Assembly: GCA_964588435.1 (NCBI GenBank)
Contig: CAZPPI010000001.1
Span: 1 to 57,829, forward strand
Direction of reading: 5' to 3'
DNA: 57,829 nt
Source of the DNA: an uncultured Gammaproteobacteria bacterium
GTDB lineage: Bacteria > Patescibacteriota > Patescibacteriia > Patescibacteriales > UBA12465
Numbering within the stretch: position 1 is the stretch's first letter; each line of letters starts with the position of its first letter. Below the pieces are notes generated by a model. The model saw only the letters and a list, made by a program, of their open reading frames with translations. It was not told the origin of the DNA and searched no databases. Positions 18,522 through 28,408 of this stretch are shown in pieces. Both the position numbers and the translations under genes were made by a program.

Positions 18522-20267
18522 ATGAAAAATGAAATTAAAACCGAAAAAATTAAATATTTTGCCTACTTAAGAAAATCAACAGAAGGAGAAGAAAAACAAG
18601 CCCTTTCCATTGATGGTCAAAGAAGAAAAGCTGTTGAAATTTTTCCAGACTTACAAATCATTGAATTCTTAGAAGAAAGACATTCTGCTTTTAAGCCATA
18701 TAACAGACCAGTATTCAATAACATGATGGAGAGGATAAGAAAAGGAGAGGCTCAAGGAATTATTACATGGCACCCCGATAGATTAAGTCGAAACGAAATA
18801 GACGCGGCTACTATAACATATTTAGCAAGAACTGGGGTAATAAAAGAATTAAAATTTGGTTCCTATAATTATGATAACAGTCCAGAAGGAATAATGATGT
18901 TGCAAATGTCATTAAGTCAATCTCAATATTCATCATCTAAACTCGGTAAAGATGTAAAAAGAGGCTTAGGGGATAAAGCTGAAATTGGTTGGTGGCCAGG
19001 TCCCTCAAAACCAGGATACTTGAATACTCCCAACGGACAAAAAGGAAAAAAAATTATATTAAATGACCCAGAGAGATTTCCAATCATCAAGAAGGTGTTT
19101 AACACTTTACTAACCCACCTTTATTCCCCATCTCAGGTTTTAGATATGCTTAATAATGACTGGGGATACACGAGTGGTCCAAGAGGAAAGTTCGGAGGCA
19201 AACCAATGTCTCATAGTTATTATTACAAAATGCTTTCAGATACATTTTATTATGGCAGTTTTGAATTCCCCAAAAATAGTGGTAAATGGTATCAAGGAAA
19301 GCACGAGCCGATGATTAGCAAGGAAGAATATGATGAAATCCAAATGATGATTGGGAGAAGCTTATCAAATCCTCGTGTAGGAAATCGCCAAGACGCTTTT
19401 TATGGCTCTTTCTTTTGTGGTGAATGTGGTGGCACAATGACACCTGATTTCAAAATTCAAACAATATGCACCAACTGTAATCATAAATTTTCATCACGGA
19501 ATAAAGACTGTTGCCCGTCTTGTGGAACGAAGTTAGTGGATATGATAAATCCAAAACAACTTAAATATATTTATTATTGTTGTAAAAAAAATAAAGACAG
19601 AAACTGCAAACAAACTAAAAACATAGAAGAAAAACAATTAAACGATCAGATTATTGAAATTCTTAATCAGATTAGAATTTCAGAAAAAATGAAAAAATGG
19701 TTTATAAAACAATTAGACAGTGCCAGCAACAAAGAAATAAAGGATAGAACTGATATCAGAAAATCACTACAAAATAAATATGAAAATTGTCAGAAAAAAC
19801 TCGATAATTTGTTAAATCTTTTCATATCTATCAATAACACCAATAAAGAAATATTAAGTGATGATGATTATAGTCAAAAGAAGAAAGCCTTAGATATTGA
19901 AATGGCTGATATTAAAAATAGTATTAATAAATTAGAACAAAGAGCTGATGAATGGGCTGAATTAGCAATAGACACATTTAACTTCGCTTGTTACTCAAAA
20001 TATCATTTTGAGAATGGAGATTTTGAAACCAAAAAGAAAATTATTCTTGGGCTTGGTTCGAACCTAACAATGAAAGATGGAAAAATAGAGGTTATTTTGC
20101 CAAAACACCTTGAATTGATAAAAAATTCCAAAGAAATTATCCAAGCCGAAATTAAAACATTCGAACCTAATAATTTTATTGAATATAAAGCAAAAACAGG
20201 CTTATATCAGCCTGTTTCTACATCTATGCTCCCGGGGTCGGATTCGAACCGACGACCAATTGGTTAA
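18522..20267 (+). CDS. Large serine recombinase 2 (3' end antisense to tRNA-Asn)
   Basis: 581 aa. Resolvase domain (YLRKSTEGEE, DRLSRN), recombinase domain and Cys-rich zinc ribbon are present. The last 13 codons including the stop (20229-20267) are antisense to the 3' half of the tRNA. Confidence 0.9.
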   Translation: MKNEIKTEKIKYFAYLRKSTEGEEKQALSIDGQRRKAVEIFPDLQIIEFLEERHSAFKPYNRPVFNNMMERIRKGEAQGIITWHPDRLSRNEIDAATITYLARTGVIKELKFGSYNYDNSPEGIMMLQMSLSQSQYSSSKLGKDVKRGLGDKAEIGWWPGPSKPGYLNTPNGQKGKKIILNDPERFPIIKKVFNTLLTHLYSPSQVLDMLNNDWGYTSGPRGKFGGKPMSHSYYYKMLSDTFYYGSFEFPKNSGKWYQGKHEPMISKEEYDEIQMMIGRSLSNPRVGNRQDAFYGSFFCGECGGTMTPDFKIQTICTNCNHKFSSRNKDCCPSCGTKLVDMINPKQLKYIYYCCKKNKDRNCKQTKNIEEKQLNDQIIEILNQIRISEKMKKWFIKQLDSASNKEIKDRTDIRKSLQNKYENCQKKLDNLLNLFISINNTNKEILSDDDYSQKKKALDIEMADIKNSINKLEQRADEWAELAIDTFNFACYSKYHFENGDFETKKKIILGLGSNLTMKDGKIEVILPKHLELIKNSKEIIQAEIKTFEPNNFIEYKAKTGLYQPVSTSMLPGSDSNRRPIG

Positions 20268-20300
20268 CAGCCAACTGCGCTACCGCTGCGCCACCCGGGA
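20229..20300 (-). tRNA. tRNA-Asn (GTT)
   Basis: 72-nt cloverleaf folded by hand. Acceptor is TCCCGGG/CCCGGGA, D arm GCGC-AGCGGTA-GCGC, anticodon loop CTGTTAA and T arm GTCGG-TTCGAAT-CCGAC. CCA is not encoded. Confidence 0.9.
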
Positions 20301-20382
20301 ATATTTATTTCTCAAAAAATGAAAATGTCTCTAGAACATTTTATGCTCTTATTTTAGCAAACAAGCTTATTCTGTCAATGGT

Positions 20383-20411
20383 TTGACAAAACCTTAGGCT
20401 AAAACTAGAAT
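20383..20411 (+). promoter_or_regulatory. Sigma-70-like promoter
   Basis: TTGACA, a 17-nt spacer, then TAGAAT, about 36 nt upstream of the small ORF at 20448. Confidence 0.45.
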
Positions 20412-20447
20412 TCAATTATAAGTTCTTTAACCAAAAAAATATGAACC

Positions 20448-20621
20448 ATGGTGACAACAAGCATTTTTATCTTGATAGCAGCTATATTTATTCTGATTCA
20501 CCCTAAAATGGCAAAAAACTTTTTTCAAAAAATAAAAATGAAAAGAGCTCACGGCATAGCTGAAAAAGGGGTTAAAAGAATAAAAGCATTTTGGAAAAAA
20601 GCAATAGCACCTTTTAATTAA
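20448..20621 (+). CDS. Small membrane protein (57 aa; below the ORF-track cutoff)
   Basis: MVTTSIFILIAAIFILIHPKMAKNFF...APFN*. It is preceded by a near-consensus promoter and followed directly by a strong hairpin. Confidence 0.4.
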   Translation: MVTTSIFILIAAIFILIHPKMAKNFFQKIKMKRAHGIAEKGVKRIKAFWKKAIAPFN

Positions 20622-20655
20622 ACTGTTAAATTAATATTATTTAACAGTTTTTTGT
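20622..20655. terminator. Hairpin terminator between convergent genes
   Basis: AACTGTTAAAT-TAATATT-ATTTAACAGTT (11-bp stem) followed by TTTTT. Confidence 0.6.
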
Positions 20656-20666
20656 TTTAAATTCTC

Positions 20667-21884
20667 TTATTTTAACCTCTCAGTTAATATAGTAACTTTC
20701 TTTTTATCTATGACTATAAAGATTAAAGTGTATTTTCCACCTTCACCTATTTTTAAATGTTTATAAATCTCCTCTGGCTTTATAAAATAATTCTTTGCTA
20801 ATATTTCAGCCCTGTTTATACCTATTTTTTTTAACTCTTGCTTTAAACTTTTTAAAGAAATTTGAAAAACTTTTTTTACCATAAATATTCTAGCCGCTTT
20901 CATATCCGCTTTAGTTCCAGTTAAATAACTATTAATAGTTGTTAACCGTTTCAAACCATATTGACAAGCATAAGCTTCTAAAAGACCACTACGACTAATA
21001 GCTTTATCAGGTTCATAAATATATTTTAAAATTTTATCAGTCAACAAAGTACTCGCAACTAAATCTGAAACTATAGTATTTTTTTCTTGATAATTTGTAA
21101 AAAAATAATCTCCGTCTTTTCTAAAACAACTTGCTTTATTCCCTCCTCTTTTTAATCCTCCAAACCATAAAATCGCAACCTTGCAAGTATTATTTTCCGA
21201 GATAACTTCAAGCTCCGGTTCTTCGGGTAATAAAGAAATTTCCTGCCAGTCAAAAGCCGGCGAAATTTTAACGGCGACATTTTTTGTCTGCTTAAAAATC
21301 TCCGGCAAAATTTGAAGTAGATTAGGGCGTGAGTTTAAAATTGAACGCGTCTTAGTTTTTCCCTCCCGATTACGAGCCGGATCTAAAAAAACGGCCTCAA
21401 TATTTTTCATTTTATCCGAAGCAATAAATTCCTCAATTTTCAAATTCAAAAATTCAATTTTATTTTCTAAGCTATAAACTCTTGAATTAAGTTTAGCGCA
21501 AGTTAAAGTTATCTCATCTTCGTCTAAAGCTATAACCTTCTTACTCTTCTTAGTTAAAGCTAATAAATTTCCCCCGATTCCACAGCCTAAATCCGCGACT
21601 TGCCAATCGCCCCGAAAACGTTCGGCGATATGATCAGAGATTTTTTCAGAACTTGATTGCTCTAAACCTAAAGAAGTGAAAAACATTTTATTAGCCAAAC
21701 TAAATTTCCCTTCAGCTTTTTCTCTTGTCTCAATTATTGCCGAAGCGGTCGAAACTTGAGATCGTTTTTCTGTTTCTGTTTTAAATAAAAAATTATGGCG
21801 CTCTTTCCAAGTTAAAAGAGAGAGTTGCTCTAAAAGCAAATCTCCTTTTCGACTAGCTAAAAATTCTAAATCTTTAATTGTCAT
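20667..21884 (-). CDS. Class I SAM-dependent methyltransferase
   Basis: 405 aa with SAM motif I VADLGCGIGGNLLAL and a post-I acidic residue (ALDED). Confidence 0.7.
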   Translation of the reverse strand: MTIKDLEFLASRKGDLLLEQLSLLTWKERHNFLFKTETEKRSQVSTASAIIETREKAEGKFSLANKMFFTSLGLEQSSSEKISDHIAERFRGDWQVADLGCGIGGNLLALTKKSKKVIALDEDEITLTCAKLNSRVYSLENKIEFLNLKIEEFIASDKMKNIEAVFLDPARNREGKTKTRSILNSRPNLLQILPEIFKQTKNVAVKISPAFDWQEISLLPEEPELEVISENNTCKVAILWFGGLKRGGNKASCFRKDGDYFFTNYQEKNTIVSDLVASTLLTDKILKYIYEPDKAISRSGLLEAYACQYGLKRLTTINSYLTGTKADMKAARIFMVKKVFQISLKSLKQELKKIGINRAEILAKNYFIKPEEIYKHLKIGEGGKYTLIFIVIDKKKVTILTERLK

Positions 21885-23071
21885 TTATTTTTTAAAAATT
21901 TTCTGCCTTTTAATTTCTCTGGCAAATAAGTTTGTTCCGAGCTATCCTCTGTTGGTGTATATTTATAATTTTTTCCGTACTCCAAATCTTTCATTAATTT
22001 TGTCGGCGCATTTCTTAAATGCATTGGTACCGGCAAGGAGCCAGATTTTTCAATCTCTTGCATTATTTCGTTATGAGCGAAATAAACAGCGACGCTTTTT
22101 GGTGACTTAGCTAAATAAGCAGCACAATGAGCTAAGTTAACCCCGCATTCCGGTAAACCAATACTTTTACAAGCATCATAAGTCGTAGTCGCTAACATTA
22201 GCGCACTATTATTAGCTAAACCGATATCTTCGGAGGCAAAACGAATCATCCGCCTCGCTAAATAAAGCGGATCTTCTCCGGCCATAACCATCCTTAAAGC
22301 ATAATACATCGCCGCATCAGCGTCGCCGCCTCGCATTGATTTATGAAGAGCGGAAATTAAATTATAATGTTCATCTCCACTCTTATCATAAAGCAGTCCC
22401 GGTTTAGAGATTATTTCTTTAATTAAATCAAGAGAAAGAGCTGCGTCTTTACCCGCAACTTCTAAAGCACTTTCTAAAATATTTAAAGAACGTCTAGCAT
22501 CGCCGCTAGAAACCCGAGCAATGAATTTTAAAACATCGCGCTTAACTTTTATTTTTAATTCCTTTAAAGCTCGCTCTAAAATTTTTAATAAATCCTCTTC
22601 TCTTAGAGTTTCTAATACCACAACTTTCGTTCTTGATAGAAGCGCGGCGTTAACCGCAAAACTAGGATTTTCTGTCGTTGCCCCAATTAGTGTAATTGTC
22701 CCCATTTCAACTTGGGGTAATAAGGCGTCCTGTTGCGCCTTATTCCAACGATGAATTTCATCAATAAACAAAATTGTCTTCATGCCTAATCTCTTAGCTT
22801 CGCGCGCTTGCTCAACAATAATTTTTAAATCCTTAACCCCACTACCAGTAGCTGATAATTCCTTAAATTCCGCCCTTGTTTCTTTGGCAATAATAGCGGC
22901 TAAAGTCGTTTTTCCGCTCCCTGGTGGGCCCCAAAAAATTAAAGACGGAACCTTATCATTTTTTATAGACGCAAAAAGCCAAGCATCCGGACCAACAACC
23001 CGCTCCTGACCGTAGAATTCTTTTAAGTTTTTTGGGCGGAAATAAGCCGCCAAGGGTAAGTCTTTAATCAT
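21881..23071 (-). CDS. rarA: Replication-associated recombination protein A (RarA/MgsA AAA+ ATPase)
   Basis: 396 aa. FRPKNLKEFYGQ, Walker A GPPGSGKTT, Walker B FIDEIHRWNK, and a C-terminal MgsA helical domain (HYNLISALHKSMRGGD). Confidence 0.9.
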   Translation of the reverse strand: MIKDLPLAAYFRPKNLKEFYGQERVVGPDAWLFASIKNDKVPSLIFWGPPGSGKTTLAAIIAKETRAEFKELSATGSGVKDLKIIVEQAREAKRLGMKTILFIDEIHRWNKAQQDALLPQVEMGTITLIGATTENPSFAVNAALLSRTKVVVLETLREEDLLKILERALKELKIKVKRDVLKFIARVSSGDARRSLNILESALEVAGKDAALSLDLIKEIISKPGLLYDKSGDEHYNLISALHKSMRGGDADAAMYYALRMVMAGEDPLYLARRMIRFASEDIGLANNSALMLATTTYDACKSIGLPECGVNLAHCAAYLAKSPKSVAVYFAHNEIMQEIEKSGSLPVPMHLRNAPTKLMKDLEYGKNYKYTPTEDSSEQTYLPEKLKGRKFLKNK

Positions 23072-23176
23072 AATAGATATTTATATTTTAACCTTTTTTA
23101 AGAAAAAACAATAGAGAATATTGACAAATCAATTTTTAGGTGCTGAAATTACAATAGAACTTTTAAAATAACTAAT

Positions 23177-23560
23177 ATGAAAAAGGGAAATTTGTGGAAA
23201 TTATTGTTTTCATTGCTTGCCTTGGTGATAACCGTGGCGTTGCTGTATTTGGCTAACTTCCTGGGGAAGATATCGGGAGATATCAATTTAAAACTAATAG
23301 TGCAAATTCTGATTAGCACTTTTGGTTTTTTCTGGGTTTTGGTTCCGGTACCTCAGCCCTTGAAGCAAAATATCTATTTTGCCTCAGGCACAATAATAGC
23401 TATTGTCGCCCTTTACTCCCTGGCCCTGAGCCAACTTAATGTTCCTGAAATAAAATTTTTATCAGGTCTCAACATTTTTGAAGCTCTAACAATGATGTTT
23501 GCCGGGATATTTTTTATGGCCTACGGCTGGCTGACAAAACTACTAATCAGCCATACGTAG
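23177..23560 (+). CDS. Hypothetical membrane protein (4 TM)
   Basis: 127-aa hydrophobic ORF. A TTGACA-17-TGAAAT promoter lies at 23121-23149 and a terminator lies downstream. Confidence 0.6.
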   Translation: MKKGNLWKLLFSLLALVITVALLYLANFLGKISGDINLKLIVQILISTFGFFWVLVPVPQPLKQNIYFASGTIIAIVALYSLALSQLNVPEIKFLSGLNIFEALTMMFAGIFFMAYGWLTKLLISHT

Positions 23561-23582
23561 ACTTATTTACACCCTTTTTTCT

Positions 23583-23616
23583 AGCCCCGTCTTTCGCCAG
23601 ACAGGGGCTTTTTTTA
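23583..23616 (+). terminator. Rho-independent terminator
   Basis: AGCCCCGTCT-loop-AGACAGGGGCT followed by T7. Confidence 0.7.
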
Positions 23617-23681
23617 TAAAACTCTATTAAATATTTTTATTTTAAGATAAGATTAAATTAAGAAAAAATAACTAATTATCT

Positions 23682-24182
23682 ATGCGTGTGCCAATCAGAA
23701 AAGGAAGTGGTCCCTTGCCACCAAGTCAGGACCCAAAAATGACTCAAGAAAAATATGAAGAACTTAAAGAAAAGCTTGATTTTTGGTTAAAAATAAAAAG
23801 ACCACAAGAAGCAGAAGAGGTTAAAAGACTAGCTTTGATGGGTGATTTCTCGGAAAACGTTGGTTATCAAATTGCCAAAGGTCGTTTACGAGGCTTGAAT
23901 CAAAGAATTATTGAACTTGAAAAATTATTAGGGCGAGTAGAAATAATAAAAAATCCGACTAATTCAGAAACTGTTGTAATTGGCTCAGAAGTAATAATTG
24001 AAAGTAAAGGCAATCAAAAAAAATATAAAATTCTTGGCTCTTCTGAAAGTAATCCAAGTGCGGGAATAATTTCTCATGTTTCCCCATTAGGCTCGGCTTT
24101 AATTGGAAAAAAAATAGGAGAAGAATTTGAATTTGGTGCTGATGGAAAAGAAAAAGTCTATAAAATCGTCAAGATCAACTAA
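23682..24182 (+). CDS. greA: Transcription elongation factor GreA
   Basis: 166 aa. The coiled-coil N-domain carries DFSENVGYQIAK (GreA acidic tip region), and a C-terminal GreA/B globular domain is present. Confidence 0.85.
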   Translation: MRVPIRKGSGPLPPSQDPKMTQEKYEELKEKLDFWLKIKRPQEAEEVKRLALMGDFSENVGYQIAKGRLRGLNQRIIELEKLLGRVEIIKNPTNSETVVIGSEVIIESKGNQKKYKILGSSESNPSAGIISHVSPLGSALIGKKIGEEFEFGADGKEKVYKIVKIN

Positions 24183-24595
24183 ATTCTTATTTTTTTCAAC
24201 TCTCTTCTTAGCGCTTGATGATCTGGCAAAGCTTTAGCAACTAAATTCCAGAAATTAGAGCCATGATTAAATTCTTTTAGATGACAAAGCTCATGAACAA
24301 TAACATAATCAAGCAGCTCCTCTCGTAAGTGAACAAGGCGATAATTAAAATTTAAATTTCCCTGCCTTGAACAACTTCCCCAACGAGTTCTCTGGTTACG
24401 AATACTAACTCGACCGTGGGAAAAATTATAAAAATTAGCAAAATGTTTTAGGCGCTCTAAGATAACTACTCGCGCTTTTTCTTTATTATTTAAAAAATCA
24501 ACTTTAGAAAAATTCGTCGTTAAAGAACGACGTTTTTTTCTTTTAACCCATCTAACTATTTTAAAACTACCATTAGAAAATAAAATTTTTAACAT
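24179..24595 (-). CDS. DUF45/YgjP-like (M48-related) zinc metallopeptidase
   Basis: 138 aa with the HELCHLKEFNH HExxH motif and the RWGSCS motif typical of the family. Confidence 0.75.
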   Translation of the reverse strand: MLKILFSNGSFKIVRWVKRKKRRSLTTNFSKVDFLNNKEKARVVILERLKHFANFYNFSHGRVSIRNQRTRWGSCSRQGNLNFNYRLVHLREELLDYVIVHELCHLKEFNHGSNFWNLVAKALPDHQALRRELKKIRI

Positions 24596-26703
24596 ATTAT
24601 TACTCTAGCATCTAAAACTTTAACCCCCCTTCCCTTCTTTAAAACTAAAATAGGATTAATATCTAACTCAAAAATTTCTGGAAAATCTTTTATCAATTTT
24701 GCTAAACGTAAAATACTATCTACTAAAGCCTCTTCATCTTTAACGCCCGAATTACGTGCTCCTGCTAAAAGTTTTTTAGATTTTAGCTCGGCTATCATTT
24801 TATAAACATCACTCTTTTTTAAAGGATTAAGGCCAAAAGAAACATCTTTAAAAATTTCCACAAAAACTCCGCCGAGCCCAAGCATAATTGCTGATCCAAG
24901 GGCCGGATCCTTGAAAGCGCCTAAAATCATTTCTAGTCCATCATCTTGTATCATCTCTGTTATTAAAACGCCATCAATTTTTGCCCTTGGTTTTTTCTTA
25001 GAAACACGGGCCATTAATTCTTTAAATCTTTGTCCCGCTTCATTTGGCAAAACATTTAACATAATTCCGCCGACATCACTTTTATGCAAAATATCATTGG
25101 AAGAAATTTTTAAAACTAAATCTTTATTTATTTTTTTAGCAATTAATTCTACCTCTTCTAAATTTTTTGCTAAATAACTTTTTAAAGTCTTAAGGCCATA
25201 AGCTTTTATAATCTCTAAAGCTTCAAATTCGGAAAAAGTTTTTTGTCCTTTTTTCTTTGCCAGATTAATAATTCTCTCGACTTTAACCTTATTAATATTT
25301 TTTAAATTTAATTCTAGTGTCTCAGACTTCTCGCTATAAGACTCAACCCACTTATTTAAAACCCCTAAAGCTTTAATTCCATCTTCTGGAAAAGAATAAT
25401 TAGCTAAAGAATTCCCGACAAAAATTTTTCGAGCCGAACTAACCATGGTTTCTCCCATAAAAATTGGAACTATCGTCTTATTATATTTTTTCTTAGCTTC
25501 TACTATTACCTTAGCCGTTTTTTCAATTTCAGTAACTGCTTGCGGAGTTAAAATAACTAAAACACTATCAACCTTTTCATCACTTAAAACAATTTGAAGC
25601 GCATCTTTATAATGACTAGCTAAAGCATCCCCTAGAACATCAATTGGATTATCACTATGAGCGGTAGCTGGTAATACTTTTTTTAAACTTTCTTTAGCCT
25701 TAAGACTTAGAGACGCTAAATTCAAGTTAGCCCCCTCTAAAGCGTCGGCCGCAACAACCGCTGGCCCGCCGGCATTAGTAATAATGACCAAATTTTTATA
25801 ACTTCTCTTTTTAGAAATATTTTTAGTAATTTCTGATGAAAATATTTTTATAAAATCAAATAACTCCTCAATTTTGTCAGCTCGAATAATTCCGGCTTGG
25901 CGAAAAAGAGCCTCATAAATTTTATCTTCCCCCGCTAAAGCCCCAGTATGAGAAGCAGCACTTTTAATACCAACTAAAGATCGTCCTGCCTTTAAGATTA
26001 TTAAAGGCTTGCCCGCTTCTTTTAATTTTTTAGATGCTTTAATTATTTTTTCTGGCTCAACTAGTTCTTCAGCATAAACAGCGACAATTTCCGTTTCTTT
26101 ATCAGTTGCTAAATATTCAAATAAATCAGCCTCATTAATCATTGACTTATTACCAACACTCACAAATTTCGAAAAACCAATCCCAAGTTTTTCAGATGAG
26201 TCTAAAACGGCAGTGCAAACTGCTCCGCTTTGAGAAATAAAAGCTGTTTTACCAGAAAACGCATTTTGAGCCGCAAAAGATGCATTTAAATTGTTATAAG
26301 GATTTAAAACACCTAAACAATTAGGACCAATTAAAGTTATATCATATTTTTTACAAATCTCTTTAAGTTTATCATCAAGCTCCAACTTCCCAACCTCCTT
26401 AAATCCAGCAGAAATTACTATTGCCCCCTTAATTCCTAGACGACCACCCTCTTCTAAAATATTAGGAACAACTTGAGCCGGAACAGCAATTAACATCAAA
26501 TCAACTTTTTTCTTAATTTCACTTAACGAGGTGTATGATGCCAAGTTCTCTATCTTCCCTTTCTTTAAATTAATAGGATAAATTTTTCCTTTAAAGTTAT
26601 TTTTTAAATTTAAAACTAAAGTATTGCCAATACTTCCCTTTTTATTAGAAGCACCAATAATCGCAACCGACCGAGCTTTAAAAATTTTATTAAAATCTTT
26701 CAT
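24589..26703 (-). CDS. ADP-forming acetyl-CoA synthetase / acetate-CoA ligase (fused alpha-beta)
   Basis: CoA-binding N-domain (SVAIIGASNKKGSIG), succinyl-CoA-synthetase-like flavodoxin domains and a C-terminal ATP-grasp domain. The start is set at the internal ATG (26703). The track's 38-aa N-terminal extension looks spurious. Confidence 0.8.
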   Translation of the reverse strand: MKDFNKIFKARSVAIIGASNKKGSIGNTLVLNLKNNFKGKIYPINLKKGKIENLASYTSLSEIKKKVDLMLIAVPAQVVPNILEEGGRLGIKGAIVISAGFKEVGKLELDDKLKEICKKYDITLIGPNCLGVLNPYNNLNASFAAQNAFSGKTAFISQSGAVCTAVLDSSEKLGIGFSKFVSVGNKSMINEADLFEYLATDKETEIVAVYAEELVEPEKIIKASKKLKEAGKPLIILKAGRSLVGIKSAASHTGALAGEDKIYEALFRQAGIIRADKIEELFDFIKIFSSEITKNISKKRSYKNLVIITNAGGPAVVAADALEGANLNLASLSLKAKESLKKVLPATAHSDNPIDVLGDALASHYKDALQIVLSDEKVDSVLVILTPQAVTEIEKTAKVIVEAKKKYNKTIVPIFMGETMVSSARKIFVGNSLANYSFPEDGIKALGVLNKWVESYSEKSETLELNLKNINKVKVERIINLAKKKGQKTFSEFEALEIIKAYGLKTLKSYLAKNLEEVELIAKKINKDLVLKISSNDILHKSDVGGIMLNVLPNEAGQRFKELMARVSKKKPRAKIDGVLITEMIQDDGLEMILGAFKDPALGSAIMLGLGGVFVEIFKDVSFGLNPLKKSDVYKMIAELKSKKLLAGARNSGVKDEEALVDSILRLAKLIKDFPEIFELDINPILVLKKGRGVKVLDARVIIC

Positions 26704-26858
26704 AATATTTATAAATAAAAAACTTATTATCTTATAGGTAACTATATTTAATACTATAGATATTAACATATTTAGAGAAATAAAGAAAAAACCCTTCGCG
26801 CAAACGAAGGGTTTCAAATTTTAGTGTTAGATTTTGGAAAGCCTTAGCTCTTCCATTT

Positions 26859-28229
26859 TTAACTTTCGTAGGGTTTACAAACGTCGGCTTTAGCCGACCA
26901 AAATCTAATTGTCAGATCCCTTTTTAACTTACTTGTTTTAAAGGTATCTGGCAAGTTCTTTAAGTCCAATTTTTCTTCCGGAACGGTAAAATTTTCCAAA
27001 AGATAATCGGAATAAACTTTCTCCTTTTTTTTAGTCTTGTTCTCTATCACCACATCAAAGTACTTTTTATACCAAACGGTATTAACAATTATCTTTCTCA
27101 AAGAAAAAAATAATGGTATTATTGCTAACGATAAAAAAGAATACACCACTAAATACTCTATTCTATCTTTAACCACTGGTATCTCTCTAAAAAATAAGAA
27201 CACAACCCCGATGACAAAGACGTACAATAAAAACAATGAAGTAAATATGTCCTTCAGAACTTTCTCATTAAAAAATCTTTTTAAGATAAAAAAGGCAAAT
27301 ACTAAAATAAAAAAAACTACTGTAACCGTAGATCCAGGAATAAGAGGATTTTCACTAACATGATAGAACGACAACAAGAGCAAGCCAAGGAGACTAAAAA
27401 ATCCAGTTAAATGAAAAGGTGAAAACCAGGTCCTTTTAGCCGTTTCAACACCATTTTTGTATATTATTCTCGCCTTAGTCCTTCCCAATCCAAGAACGCA
27501 AACATCCGTATTATAATAATTATCTTGGGAAAAAATACGTTTAAAAATTTCAGCTAAACCAATTGACTGATAGCCAAAAAATAATAATATTGCTGAGGCT
27601 AAAAATAAATCAACTACATATAGCAACTGCACAAAAATAAAACAGGGCAGTTTCGGCAGAGCAAAGAAAAGAGCATTCTTTTTTACCTGACACTCATCTC
27701 TAGGATTTGAGGGGCCGGGCCAATAAAGATAATTGAAAAATAACTTTCCAATTTTTGATTTTGGTTTTCTTGCAAACACTTCTTGTGGAACCGTGAATTC
27801 AACGATAGTTAGGGCTAAAATGGTCTTCTTTGTATAATCATAATAACCGGTTTTCTCCAAATTAATAAAAACCGGCTCTTCATAGAGAGATTTGTCTTTT
27901 TCTTGCTTAGCAAGAAAAGGCGCCACCGCACTTAATCCCTTAAAAGCAAAGGCTAACATAATGTGTTTTCCAGCTTTAAAAAACTGAAGAAACTTAACCG
28001 CCTTTTCAACCTCAACAAGATAGCGACGGCCACCATAACTGATACTTTCTTCAACCTCAGCCCCGCTCAAATCAACAAGAAGAATATGCGTTGGTTCATT
28101 AAGAGCTAAATTTCTAGAAAAATACCATTTTACAGGAACTGTAGCTCCTTTCATCTCCAAGTTACCATCATTTAAAACGATGGATAAATCTTGTAACTTT
28201 TGTTCTTCTACTATTTTTTTATTTTTCAT
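26859..28229 (-). CDS. Hypothetical multi-pass membrane protein
   Basis: 456-aa ORF with a soluble N-terminal ~150 aa followed by at least 6 hydrophobic helices. Confidence 0.6.
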   Translation of the reverse strand: MKNKKIVEEQKLQDLSIVLNDGNLEMKGATVPVKWYFSRNLALNEPTHILLVDLSGAEVEESISYGGRRYLVEVEKAVKFLQFFKAGKHIMLAFAFKGLSAVAPFLAKQEKDKSLYEEPVFINLEKTGYYDYTKKTILALTIVEFTVPQEVFARKPKSKIGKLFFNYLYWPGPSNPRDECQVKKNALFFALPKLPCFIFVQLLYVVDLFLASAILLFFGYQSIGLAEIFKRIFSQDNYYNTDVCVLGLGRTKARIIYKNGVETAKRTWFSPFHLTGFFSLLGLLLLSFYHVSENPLIPGSTVTVVFFILVFAFFILKRFFNEKVLKDIFTSLFLLYVFVIGVVFLFFREIPVVKDRIEYLVVYSFLSLAIIPLFFSLRKIIVNTVWYKKYFDVVIENKTKKKEKVYSDYLLENFTVPEEKLDLKNLPDTFKTSKLKRDLTIRFWSAKADVCKPYES

Positions 28230-28408
28230 TGCTTATTACCGCTCCTAACGGTTTTTTTTAAAAGTTATTAATTCGGTTAATTATTAAAGACACCTACTTA
28301 AAGACGGGCTTAATAATTAACCGGATTTAACCTTATTTTTTAAATAACTTTTTCAACCAAGTATTTTGCCATCCTTTTCATAAAAAGTCAATAATCAGAT
28401 TATGAAAT

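Larger units (their letters stand above)
12007..20228. mobile_element. Integrative element B: iteron/wHTH replicon, five-gene cargo operon and large serine recombinase 2, abutting the tRNA-Asn 3' end
   Basis: The right end is at the tRNA-Asn 3' terminus, and recombinase 2 reads 39 nt into the antisense of the tRNA. The left end is inferred from where the recombinase 1 / recombinase 2 homology ends. Confidence 0.5.

Noticed and set aside
24589-26817. Long N-terminal extensions in the ORF track (also 29234, 32146, 34845, 50654)
   Set aside because: The extensions are hydrophobic or low-complexity, often start at TTG, and precede an ATG that aligns with the conserved family N-terminus. The starts were moved to 26703, 29297, 32089, 34803 and 50729.
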